Shown piece by piece: positions 33,300 through 44,704 of a stretch of 54,785 nt of DNA. Under the pieces are notes generated by a model. The model worked only from the letters and a program-made list of their open reading frames with translations, was not told the DNA's origin and made no database searches. A program made the position numbers and the translations under genes. The number at the start of each line of letters is the position of its first letter. Position 1 is the first letter of the stretch. The stretch lies in the NCBI GenBank assembly GCA_002104905.1, contig MCFE01000598.1:1-54785 (forward strand), in the 5' to 3' direction. Source of the DNA: Basidiobolus meristosporus CBS 931.73. Taxonomy: Eukaryota; Fungi; Basidiobolomycota.

Positions 33300-34818
33300 A
33301 TGACCGAAAAAAACACAAAAACCACCCTCTTCGTAGGCAAGTTAGATCGAACACCCACTCGACTTGGATCAGATGGAACCCGTACTGAACTAAATCATAG
33401 GTGGTCTCGACGAGTTGGTGAACGAGGAGATCCTCTCCGCGGCTTTTCTCCCGTTTGGAGATCTGGTGGAAACCCAGATCCCCAACAACCCCAGTTCACG
33501 TAAGCAGTGGTTCCTTTCCTGATGGACAACCAGTGCGGTCCACACCTCCCCCCCCACCACTCACCCCTTCGTTTTCCTCCCCCCTTAGGTGAGCAGCATC
33601 GCGGTTTTGGCTTTGTTGAGTTCGAGAACCCGGAGGATGCCCAAGCGGCCATCGACAACATGCATAACTCGGAGCTTTACGGAAGGGTCATCAAGGTGAA
33701 TCTCGCGAAACCAGGTGCCAGGAGAGAAGCGCCCACACGCGCCGGTAGGGTTCACTCAGTCATATTTCGCTCAGGACGAGGTGGTAACCTTTCGTTGGGT
33801 AGTGTGGTCCGAGGATGCCTGGCTCAAGGATAGTGCTCCTCCGGCGACGGAGGAACAGTCGGCCCCCGAGCCGGCTGCCAAGAAACCAAAGGTCGAGGAA
33901 AGCGCGGATACCCCCGTGGAGACCGGATATAAGAGCAATCCAAAGTAAGGCTCTCACGTTCACCTACGTGGTTTGATCGTCGTGGATTCGGCTAACCTAG
34001 CCTCAAACGTTAGGGTGTTCTTCGATATCGAGATCGGTGGGGCCAAGGCTGGGCGCATTGTTATGGAACTAAGGGCCGATGTTGTTCCTCGTACGGTCGA
34101 GTAAGTATCATGGGCCGCATATGGCTTGGGACGAACACTAACTCTTTGGCATCCGCAGGAATTTCCGCGCTTTGTACGTGCACTCGTGACATCCCTGGTG
34201 GGGCTGGCTGATTTCGTTAGTAAAGACCTGCTGACCCATTGAATTGTTAGGTGCACTCACGAAAAAGGATTCGGATACAAGGGCTCTTCGTTCCATCGTG
34301 TAAGTATCCCCCCATAAACCGGTGACCGTCACTTCGCTAACCCGCCATCTCAGATCATTCCCGAGTTCATGTGTCAAGGAGGTGAGAGGTGATCAACGGG
34401 GGAGGATTTTGTTTCCCTGCCGACTCACCGATTCTTCTAGGTGACTTCACGAACCACAATGGAACCGGGGGGAAGTCGATCTACGGGGGAAAATTCGCCG
34501 ACGAGAATTTCATCCTCAAGCACACCGGGCCCGGCATCCTGTCTATGGCGAACGCCGGACCCAACACCAACGGATCCCAGTTCTTCATTTGTACCGAGAA
34601 GACCGAGTGGTAGGAGGAGCATTTGTACCGCTTCCATACATGCGAACCATCTTGCTAACCGTTCTCCCTTCCCCCCCCCCCCAAGGTTGGATGACAAGCA
34701 TGTGGTGTTTGGCCAGGTTGTGGCTGGACTGGACGTCGTGCGCAGGATGGAGAAGCTCGGGACCAGCTCTGGTAAGCCAACCAAGAAGGTCGTGATCCGG
34801 GATTGCGGACAAGTATGA
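33300..34818 (+). CDS. PPIE: Cyclophilin E / Cyp33 (RRM plus cyclophilin PPIase), 10 exons
   Basis: RRM ([16 protein letters not shown]) joined to a cyclophilin domain ([55 protein letters not shown]). Nine introns, the first being GC-AG (33337-33400). Confidence 0.93.
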
Positions 34819-35004
34819 ATAGGTGGATGAAGATGGGGATAGACTGTTACTATACATATTCGATTGAACTTAATAAACCGACATCCAAAGGTACTCGGTA
34901 TCTGCTTTGGTGTCTAGTCATCAGGTGCAAGGGATGTTTATTAATGAGGGTAGGACAATAAGAATATTTACACAGCTCTCCGGCTGAGGTCTAGGTGGAG
35001 TGGG

Positions 35005-35997
35005 TTAGGCGGGAGGAGGTTGGTTCGGCTGAAATCTCGCCTGTAACACCGGGCACAGCTCGAGAAAGACTCGTTTATGATGCAGCAGTTGGAGTATCCT
35101 CATGTTACGGATTAGCACGCACCCCTTCACCTCCAATACGGAGAGATTGGTGCAGGATACCAACTGTGCCATGGAGCGATCGGTGATCGACGAGCAGTGG
35201 TTCAAAGAAAGACGCTCCAGCTGGCCCTTGCGATGCTGAATGAGGGCCAGGAGTCCTTCGTCGGAGACGTTGCATCCGCTAACCCCTAGAGTCGTGATGT
35301 TGGTGTTCGCGGCGATCTCCATGACCGAGCGGTCAGTGATATGCTCCCCGTCGCTGGTGCGGCCCACGTTCAGGAAACTCAGCGAGGGGCAGTTTCTGGC
35401 CACGGCCTGGATCCCGCGGTCGGTGACGTTGGAGCACGCCCGGAGGTCCAGGTACTCCAGGGAGGGGCAATGTCGCGCCAACAGCAGCAAAACCTCGTCG
35501 TCCACCTGGACGCAACCGGGGAATCGAACCTGGGTCAGGTTCGGGTTTTGCTTGATCAAGGTGCATATGGAGTCCAGTTGAAGGCGGTGGCAGATGAAGA
35601 ACTCCAACCGGTCGAGTCGAGTGAACGCCTTGTCTGCACCAAAGGTGGGGAGGGTGAGACTGCCTTTGAGCTGGACTATGCGGATGCTACGAGTGTAGCC
35701 TGGAAACACCGCGGTCGTGCGTTCGTTAGTGGTGTGGAGAAAGTTCTTGAATTCCGTCTCCTGGGAAAAGCTCAAGTTGATCCAGAGGACTCGGGCCGCC
35801 ACCGAATGCCAGAGTCTACTCACGAAAAGGCACGGATACACCGAGTTCCCCTTGGCGAGAAACCTGAACACCAGCGCCAGCACATCTGGGAGCTGTAGTG
35901 CCCGCGAGCGCGAGGGAGAAAGTTCGGTGGCCGGCGGTTGGCTTAGTGACATGTTTTTGAGACTCTTCCGTTGTTCGGAGAAGTGGGAGGCACCCAA
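35005..35997 (-). CDS. F-box/LRR (RNI-like, cysteine-containing LRR) protein, intronless
   Basis: F-box-like LQLPDVLALVFRFL...CLFVSRLWHSVAARVLW, followed by repeats such as LDLRACSNVTDRGIQAVA and LSLNHCSSITDRSM. The start may be the MSLSQPP Met at 35952. Confidence 0.85.
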   Translation of the reverse strand: MGASHFSEQRKSLKNMSLSQPPATELSPSRSRALQLPDVLALVFRFLAKGNSVYPCLFVSRLWHSVAARVLWINLSFSQETEFKNFLHTTNERTTAVFPGYTRSIRIVQLKGSLTLPTFGADKAFTRLDRLEFFICHRLQLDSICTLIKQNPNLTQVRFPGCVQVDDEVLLLLARHCPSLEYLDLRACSNVTDRGIQAVARNCPSLSFLNVGRTSDGEHITDRSVMEIAANTNITTLGVSGCNVSDEGLLALIQHRKGQLERLSLNHCSSITDRSMAQLVSCTNLSVLEVKGCVLIRNMRILQLLHHKRVFLELCPVLQARFQPNQPPPA

Positions 35998-36208
35998 GAT
36001 GAGCGATTACGTTGGCGGTAGTGGAGGATGATACTAGTTCAGATACCGGTGTGGGCACCAAGAGGTGGTGGTGAAATAGGTGTCAGGCTCTGACAGGAAT
36101 GGTGGGAAATCGGATGGTTGTTGTTGTGACTGACAAATGATCCTTCATATATATGGATCACCACCGCCCACCGGTCAATGACACAAAGACGAAACCGTGA
36201 ATGAATGA

Positions 36209-36243
36209 GGTATGTGGTATGTGGTGTGTGGTATGTGGTATGG
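36209..36243. repeat. (GGTATGT)x5 heptamer repeat upstream of the F-box/LRR gene
   Basis: ggtatgt ggtatgt ggtgtgt ggtatgt ggtatgg. Confidence 0.85.
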
Positions 36244-37028
36244 TTGGATTGAAACAACGACTCAACTACCATCCTGCGACCGAAACCGAATCCCATACTT
36301 TGGATATGGATTTCTCTTCTATTCTCGCAGTCCGGCCGCATGAAAAATGTCCGATAAATCTAGTGCGTGGGAATCCTCTTATGACCTGTCAATCTGGTGT
36401 CCCTATGCTGATGAACCTTTTCCATGAACGGATGCAATTTTCCCTGGTAAACTATATAGATGCTCGATGTCTCATCTATCTACCTCACCAGCCTGGCTGC
36501 TGATTAGGGGCCTGACGACTTGGCTTTGGGGTTTGATAAGCGGTAACTGTATACTCCTGATCCGCCAAATTATCTGCAGTGGTTGGTTCCTAAACAGGCC
36601 TCCCATTCTCCTTGGAATCCCCACTTCCAACCTAACGGCGCGCCCTCACCTTTGAAAGCGGTTCCAAATCTCTCATTTGTGTGACTACTTGAAATATATG
36701 TGATGGTGAGAAATAAAGGAAGCTTTGGGGTGCTCGGTTCGTGGTTCCCATTCATGGCAGTAACGTGGTTGGAAGGATGAGTGGAGAGTGGAGCCGGTGG
36801 TTGGATGATACGTGCCCAATGCTGGATAAATCATTGGTGCCGATGAAGATCTTGGGTTTCGGTTCCTTTAAAACCATTTTCGGCGATGATTCGGTCCTCC
36901 TCATTTGACTGGATCCAGTTGTTTACTAGGGTCCCGAGCAACATGACTATCCTTTCATGCGCCTTGTTCAGCTATTCTGGGGCTTTGGAGCTGGCTCTTG
37001 TGATCAGCGGCCGAGTTTGGGTGCTTAG

Positions 37029-37238
37029 AGTTACAAAGTAGGGGCTGGGGATAAGTGTAGACCCTCGGCCACGCAATGTCCATTTCAACTTTGGATTTCC
37101 TCACCAAGCGTTATGGAGAAGTGCTTGCCAGAAGCACCAGAAAGACAAGAGTGCTAGGGACAAGAGGAGGATGCGGAAGATGAATATGATGCGTCAGCTG
37201 GGAGCCTACCACCTCCGTATTCAAGTACTAATTTCCAG
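37029..37238 (+). pseudogene. Possible decayed gene 3' end with acidic tract and PPPY motif
   Basis: Frame reads ...PEAPERQEC*GQEEDAEDEYDASAGSLPPPYSSTNFQ* with an in-frame TAG. Family not recognised. Confidence 0.3.
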
Positions 37239-38224
37239 TAGCGGTTGAAACAACAATTACAGATGTCCAGTTCATTTGTTGGCGTATTGCGTGCCGGTTA
37301 TACATGGTAACATTGATTTAGCCTCAAAATCTTCCATCATGATGGTTTCACAGCTGGCCAACCTTAGACATCGAAATTGTGGATGCATTGAAAGGATGGG
37401 ATACCGGTGAAGATTTGGTCTAAAACATCTACCAAATGCATGCTAAATACACTGCTATACAATAACTTGAAATGGTTGCAAGGGTGGTAGAAATGTTGGA
37501 AGTGGTTGGGAGACCTGGCAGATCTGACTTATATAGAATACCTCATCTCCTGGCTTTCAGTTGGTTCTTATTTGAGATGACCCAACCTGTTTTTGCTGAA
37601 CATTAGACTTTGCAATTTATAGTAGATCAAGTGTCTCTAATTCCTCCTAGAAGTCTATTACATATAGACTGCTACAATATTCATTAATTGTTGGATTAGG
37701 CATAGCTTTCACTTTTGCATACTTGTATGAGTAGCATATAATCTTGATAGGTCCCTTGGATGGGGCTTAATCTTACCAATATGTTATATGTTGGCATTAC
37801 CTTAGTAATCTTCAAGCTATATAAGCCAGAATACTTTGATTAAGCATCATTAACACTCAGTTACTGCAGTAAGCATTGTGATTGTGAAGCATATGGGCAG
37901 CACAGAAGGTATTTACAAGAGTATGGCTAGTGTCCTGCCTCCCAAATCTTGCTTTTAGGCATATTATTCAGGGCCACACCTATGAAGTGTGGATAGCCAC
38001 CCAACAGCTTAATGACAGCACTCAGCTATATTCTCCATCTTGCCTAAACCAAGCTGAGCAGGTGCAAAGCCCTCTTGGCTCACCTAGCCATTTTAGGCAT
38101 TACCCAGACAGTGATGATAAAGAATCTCAGGTACATTGTCAGCTTATAGCCCAGATCAATGATACCCCATTGAGATTCTGCATAGTCACAGTGTCTGAAA
38201 GAATTATTGCACAGGCACCATAAG

Positions 38225-39320
38225 AGAAAAAATTAAGAAACGGCCTGCTGAATACAATCATAATATCAGCTGAATTCCAAGTTTCTCAAAACTGACAACA
38301 CTCAATATCTCAGGTACCAGCAAATTGGTAGCAAGCAGACATACTCTCCAAGAGGAGATTAAGTCAACTAGCATTTGTGCCAAACCTGGTTACCAGCCAC
38401 CCACTACTTCCATCAAAATTGAAACTGAAAATATTGCCAAAAAACACCAGCTCAATACCAGCAGAACACCAGCTGAAAATCAGATGAATTCTAAGCTTGG
38501 AGATTATTGATAGGGGAAACAATGCTCATAAGACTTTGCAGGGCATTGTGCACTCATGGATCTACTTATGATGACTAATACAAGACATTGACTTGAGAGA
38601 TAGTATGGTATATCCATGTCAGTACAGCAGAGTATTAGGACTAACCACTTCCACCAGTAAGCATTCTACAAGGATGCAACTTTTCAATGGTATCATGCCA
38701 ATGGGCAACCATATAGAGAATAGCAATTCATAAGCTGGATATTGGTTGATCATGAGATGTGAGATCCTCTCTATGGTATTAGCACATACACACAACTCTA
38801 CTTGGGAGTTTTTTCTGGCAATAGCATAAAATATGTTACTTTTGCACTAAATGATATATTGCCAATAATGTTTGATGGCCACCTGTTCTCACCATTTTCA
38901 ACATGCCTCAAATGTTTTTGTACTGTGTAAAGACCATAAACAAATTGCACCACCAATTTCACAACAAACTTGGTAAAGATTTTTCATCATAACAATACAT
39001 AAGTGGCTTGGTATTCCTAAGAAAAAAATTAAGAAAAGGCCAGCAAAATACCATCATAATATCAGCTGAATTCCAAGCTTTGCAAAATTGACAACTCTCA
39101 ATATCCTGTTGTTAGCTTATGAGCAGGCAAGCCAACAAACTCTCCAGGAGAAGACTAGGCCAACTAGCATCCATACCAAATTTGGTAATTAGCTGCCCAT
39201 TACTTCCATCAAAAATTGCATTCAAGATTTTGAACCAAAAATACCGGCTGAATGCCAGCAAATACCCATTAGAATACCAGCAGAATACCAGCTGAAAATC
39301 AAATGAATTCCAAGTTTGAG
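38225..39320 (+). repeat. Two ~290-bp direct copies of a motif-rich (ccagc/aatacc) transposon-end-like sequence
   Basis: 38225-38505 and 39020-39320 share aaaaaattaagaaa...catcataatatcagctgaattccaag...gaattc(c/t)aag. Confidence 0.65.
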
Positions 39321-39619
39321 ATTTTTCATAGGGATATTCTGCCACTTTCTAATCCCATATGCTCAATTGCCTTCTACATTTGTGTACATTAATTGGGTAT
39401 TGCCATTTTTTCACACCCCTTACTTCCCAACTCAAATAATGCACTTACTTTTCATGCCTATAAATTGGTGTATTTCTGCTCAACAGTGGTGTTTGGCTGG
39501 GAAGCCAACAGCTTTGCTTTATTCTTGGTGGAATATTTATGAAAGTAAGTCAAACCAAAGGGGTAAAAGTGTTACATATACATGTTTGTGGTGCCACAAC
39601 TTTATTCATAACAGACTTG

Positions 39620-40840
39620 TTCCATTAGATAGTGCCACATTGAGGCATGAGTGCCAAATGATGCCATAGTGTGCCAGGGAGGCCAAGTGGACTTATACTT
39701 GGCCACAGAGTGTGAAACATAGAGCTTCATCTTCAAGTAAAGCAGCCCCTGTGTTTCACCAATTGTGCTGGAGAAAATCCATTTTTTGCCCTTTTTTCAG
39801 ATCAATGTTGTGCATGATGTGAAGAGGACAGAAGGACTGAAGGCATGCTTCAGGTACTCAATACCCATGGCACTCTGAATATAGCTCCTATGGCTTGTTG
39901 TTATGAATAGACACAAGGCAGGAGAGTAGAGCTTGGCAAGGCAGGACCAGGGAAGGACTTGGGTGTGGATCAACAAGGCAAGGCTGTTTATTCAAGACCT
40001 GTGTTTATCAGACTGAGGAACACATCAGGGGGGATAGGACTATATATACTTTTTGGCAATATGGATGCCAAGAGATACTGGCTAATACTAATGGGGTTCT
40101 GAGGTGAGGCACAGTAAATGTGTCAAGATAGAAATATACTAAAGAACAGACTAGAATATCATATGGGGAAATGTCAGGGGTCAGCTGATCATGTGGCATG
40201 CAATTACCATATATGGCATTTGGCTACATACATTCCAAATGGGAGCTTCATTAGAATGTTCCATTGTGTAACAGTGACTTGCAGCTTTCCAGAAGTTGCT
40301 AGAGTGCAGTAGAACTTTCTAGAAGGAACTGGGATTTCTTCAGCAACTTGAGTTAGCTTGAGCATAAGAGACCAGGGATATCATGTGATCCTGAGACTTG
40401 TAACATGTCACAAAAATGCATGGCACTATCTTGGTCCACTGGTACTATCTGGCACTATAAGTGCTTTGTATAGGTCTTACTTTAGGGCTAATATTTAAAT
40501 ATAGTGCCTGATAGTACCAGTGGACCAAGATAGTGCCATTCATTTTTGTGACATGTTATAAGCCACAGGAGCTAAATTCAGAGTGCCATGGGTATTGAGT
40601 ACTAGAAGCATGTCTTCAGTCCTTCTGTCCTCTACACATCATATGCAACATTGATCTAAAAAAAAAGGGCAAAAAATAGATTCTCTCAAACACAATTGGT
40701 GAAACACAGGGGCTGCTTTACATGAAGTGGAAGATCTATGTTTCAAACTCTGTGGCCACGTGTAAGTCCTCTTGGCCTCCCTGGCACACTATGGCATCAT
40801 TTGGCACTCATGGCTTAATGTGGTACTATCCAACGGACCA
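39620..40840. mobile_element. Foldback/MITE-like element, copy 1, split by a ~500-bp LTR-like insert
   Basis: Arm at 39645-39898 (+), internal hairpin at 40406-40556 (tgtcacaaaaatg...catttttgtgaca) and arm at 40557-40813 (-). Confidence 0.75.
39899..40405 (-). mobile_element. LTR-like solo element
   Basis: Ends TGTTA...TAACA. On the minus strand it contains a TATA-like run, AATAAA and ttctagaa motifs. No TSD at these boundaries. Confidence 0.5.
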
Positions 40841-42399
40841 AGTCTAATGCTTACTGTGGTGGGTCATCATCAAATCATACATTCATATAGGTGCAATGTC
40901 TCAAATGCAAAACTGTTTTAAAGTCAGATGGGTATTTACAAAATAGTGATGTAATAACATTATGCTGATGAGTGTCATGCTGTTTGCCCATCTCCAAAAC
41001 TATTTTGATTTAATGCCTGAAAAGACAAGAAAAAGACCATGTTGCTATTGTTACAAGCCTGTGAGTCATGAAATACACAGACAGCATAGGAAGTTTTGCC
41101 AGGATCTTGACCAATGAGTTGTCACCCAGGTCATAGTTGAGCATTCATCAGTCATTACAGTACCAAAATATCTTGCTGGCCATGTACACTTCTATGACAG
41201 CACCAAGCTGCACTTACCACCTTGTGCAAACTGAGTTAGGCAAGTTTGTGATGCCTTTTGGCTCACCTCAACCCTCTGAATAAAATCTGTTAGTGATAGC
41301 TATAAAGTAGTAGGCTCATTGATAGATTCTGAGCCTATCTCTCATCAAATAGTGCCCTTCATGAGCCCAGCTACATCCCAATATGCAATATGACAACACT
41401 CATGGAGAAAATGCAGAGGATACCCTATGGAGCCAAGTGAGCCCAGTAATCTGTATACAAGTGAATGATGCAATGTTAAGGCTAGAGAAGTGGTGTGTTT
41501 CACCAATTTTAGTAATGGGGGCTTCAAGGATTTAGTGCTTCTTCTTGCCAAGATTATTCTAGGATGCTACTTACCATATGCATGATACAGATAGACAATT
41601 CTCATGCAGATGGCAACATATGCCCTATAAAAAATAATTTGGTCCTGCAGGTGAATCCAATCCAGATCAGCCATCAAGATCCCATCAGAAGACCATGTTA
41701 ATAGCAGTGGCTTGGAATTAATGGCTATCTACACAATCCAGCAACAGGATCACAACAGTGTTTTGCTAATTTTACAGCCAAATAAAGTTGATAAAATATG
41801 ATGTTGTTCATACGGTGTTTTGCCAAGGGTGGCATGGCATTGTTGCAGTCTTAGTGTGGCTTATGACTATCTGAGTGGATCTTACAGGCCAGTATATCCA
41901 ATTGCCTTATAGGGCAAAAAATATGATGGTGTTTTGACAGCCTCTTTGCAAGCCTTTGATGGCATTATCATGGCAGTATGGCAGCCTACAGCTAGTTCTG
42001 TATAATGCTACCTTACCAATTTACCAAATGGTATTTCCTTTTTCTACCTCCCCTTGCACAATTCATATATTCCACTGTAGAATCACCCCTCTTTATTTAC
42101 TTACACACTACTACCTTGGGTATTCCACATATAGTTTGAATCAAAAATACTATGGCCTCCTGCTTACTAGCCTCCACAAACATGCACACCTGTCACAATT
42201 TCCATACTTCTGTTACCTCAACTTTACAGCTTTTTAGTGTGATGTTTGCAAAGTTGCAATTTATCTTGTATTGCTGGTAATATGTACATCTTACAAACAA
42301 ATGCTTGGTTGCTGCCACTTCTGCCTTGAATACCCCTGAATATCCGCAAAGAACTTCTTGGTATTTAGCCAATATATTCCTTCTCCCCACTGGACTCCA

Positions 42400-44260
42400 G
42401 TCCCCCTTTTAGGTGTGCTCTAGCTCTTGTTTGTGTAAAATCTGTATTGAATGGTGTAGAAATTGGTTTGCTACCAAGAGATATCTGGCATGCTTTGGTA
42501 GAGTCTTCCTAATAAAAACTAGTTGCTTGTTGCACCCAGCCCAACTTTGCATTACTTAACTGATTACCCACCAATTGGGGCTGCTTAGCTTCTTAATGTC
42601 ATAAGCATAGGTGTCTCCATGTGCCTATCTGTCCTCAGTACTTTCCAACGCTTCCTGGCTATCCTCCATGTGCCAACTCATCACATCCATGACAGACCTG
42701 AAGGTATTATTCTTGATGAGATTGGGATATGGGGCACCTGCAAGTTGACTTGTCTTCCTATCTCCCCACACATCTGCTCCATAGGAAGCTTCCAAAAGGT
42801 GAAGCAGGGTCCAATATTTTCAACACACTAAGCAAGATGGAGTAGCAAATGGATACAGTAGTGGCAGATATCTATGTGTTCAGCTTTAAATTTGGAGTAT
42901 AGCTGCTCAAATCCCATCACAAACTCTTTACACAAAAGCTGTAGATGCAACAAGTTGGCATTGGTGATGTGCTTCTGGATAAATATTCCTACAATGCCCA
43001 TATATGCTCCCAATGCTTCTAATGTACTCTTGGTAGAAGTGGACTCAGAAGGCCACTTGAATAAATAAATATCCAGTTCCTCCAGTCCTTGCACTTGTAT
43101 TGTTGCATATTTGTATGACTGCTGATTGGAGCCCATAAGAAGTACTTACGGCAGCTGATACTCTGTAATATCTTGACAATTCTTTCAAATTTCTCTGGTA
43201 TTTCAAAGGGCTTATTTAGCTTGGAATGCCCCATGCACAACTTGGTCATCAGTATAGGGTTATAGTTGAAAAGCAAGTGCATTGCTCCCTGTGAAAAGCT
43301 TTTGCTCCTACAGATACCCTCCATCTTAAGTATCTTGGGCTTGCAATTAATTCCATATCCTGACCAATGGCTTATGGCTTGCCAATGCTGCTGTAATTGC
43401 ATGCTGACTTCTCTATGTTCTCTCTATGGAAAGATAAGCTCTTAGTGTTGGTGTTTGGGTAATATTGATGTGGGTGAGTTATGGAACAAGTCCCCTGAAT
43501 CTCACACATTTGACAGCAATACCATCCATTGTGCCCAGAAAAGCCACCCATCTTGCTGATGGCAGGGATATCTCCAATGCAGATAATAATTTGTACTTTT
43601 ACATGATGGCCATTTACTGTTTTCCTGCCAGAAAGCATACAAAGTCACCCAGCAATGAATATAGGTAGCTAACCAGGCTGGATGGTGATTTAGGCCCAGA
43701 CACTAGTGAGACTACCATCAGATTTTGGCTTGGATACCATAAGATAGATGTCAGATTCTGGTTGATGCAAATGAGTGGCCAGCAGGACTTGCTGGTTGAG
43801 TACTTGTTTAATGAGAATCCATCAAGTGCCAAGGCAAAGGCATGGTCATACATACCTTCAAAGTAGTCCTTGCTTCTTAACTGTTTGTAATGTTGCCATT
43901 GAATATATTGGATACGTTTTAGCTTGGTTGATACTGAGTGTGGTACTCTATAGCTTCACAATATTTGTTGGACTGCATGAGCTTCTTTATACAGGGTATT
44001 ACTGGAATATATGCATAGTGTGAACTATGTTTCCCCCAACGGTGGTGGATTCCTGACAAGTTGGACACCTTGCAATGAAGGCATTTTCTGATGTGAACGT
44101 CATGCAACTGTTAACACATGCTGGTATCTGGATGGTCTCTGGGTAATATGTTGCCAGCCACATGATGGTTTGCCAGTTATACCATTTACACAATAAGTTG
44201 CATTGCAGGATGATTTTGGCAAGAAGTAGTAGTAAATCCTCAAAGCCCCCTTTACTGATA
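42400..44260 (-). mobile_element. Degenerate CACTA/En-Spm-type (Tnp2 family) transposase remnant
   Basis: Fragments LALDGF...SCWPLICINQNL...GPKSPSSLVSYL, IGDIPAISKMGGFSGHNGWYCCQMCEIQG and FVMGFEQLY...HLLLHL. Many stops. Confidence 0.8.
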
Positions 44261-44704
44261 CTAGTGGAAATTCACCACTTCTCTAGCCACAACATCACAT
44301 CATTCACCAGTAGATGGACTACTGGGCTCATTTGATTTGATAAAGTATCCTTGGGATTTCTTTCTACAGGTGTTGTCTCATTGCATAATGGTATTTTGCC
44401 AGGCTCACGCAGGGTACTGTTGTTAGGGAATATAGGTTCACAATCCATTAGTGAGCCTGCTTCTTCAGGGCTATCACTCTGCATGCCATATTTGGAAGGC
44501 TGGGGTAAGCCTAAAGGTGTCATAAGCTCCACTGATTTAGTTTGCCCAAGGTAACAAGTATAGACCAATGCCATTATAGAAGTATCAAGTGGCCAGCAAG
44601 ATTTTGCTGGTACAGTAATTACTGGTGAATGGCCAAATATGACTTGTGTGGCAAAACACTGGCCATGATCCTTGTCATACTTCCTATGCTGTCTGTGTTG
44701 TAAT

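Noticed and set aside
35240-35898. Plus-strand 185-aa and 113-aa ORFs
   Set aside because: Antisense shadows of the GC-rich F-box/LRR coding sequence.
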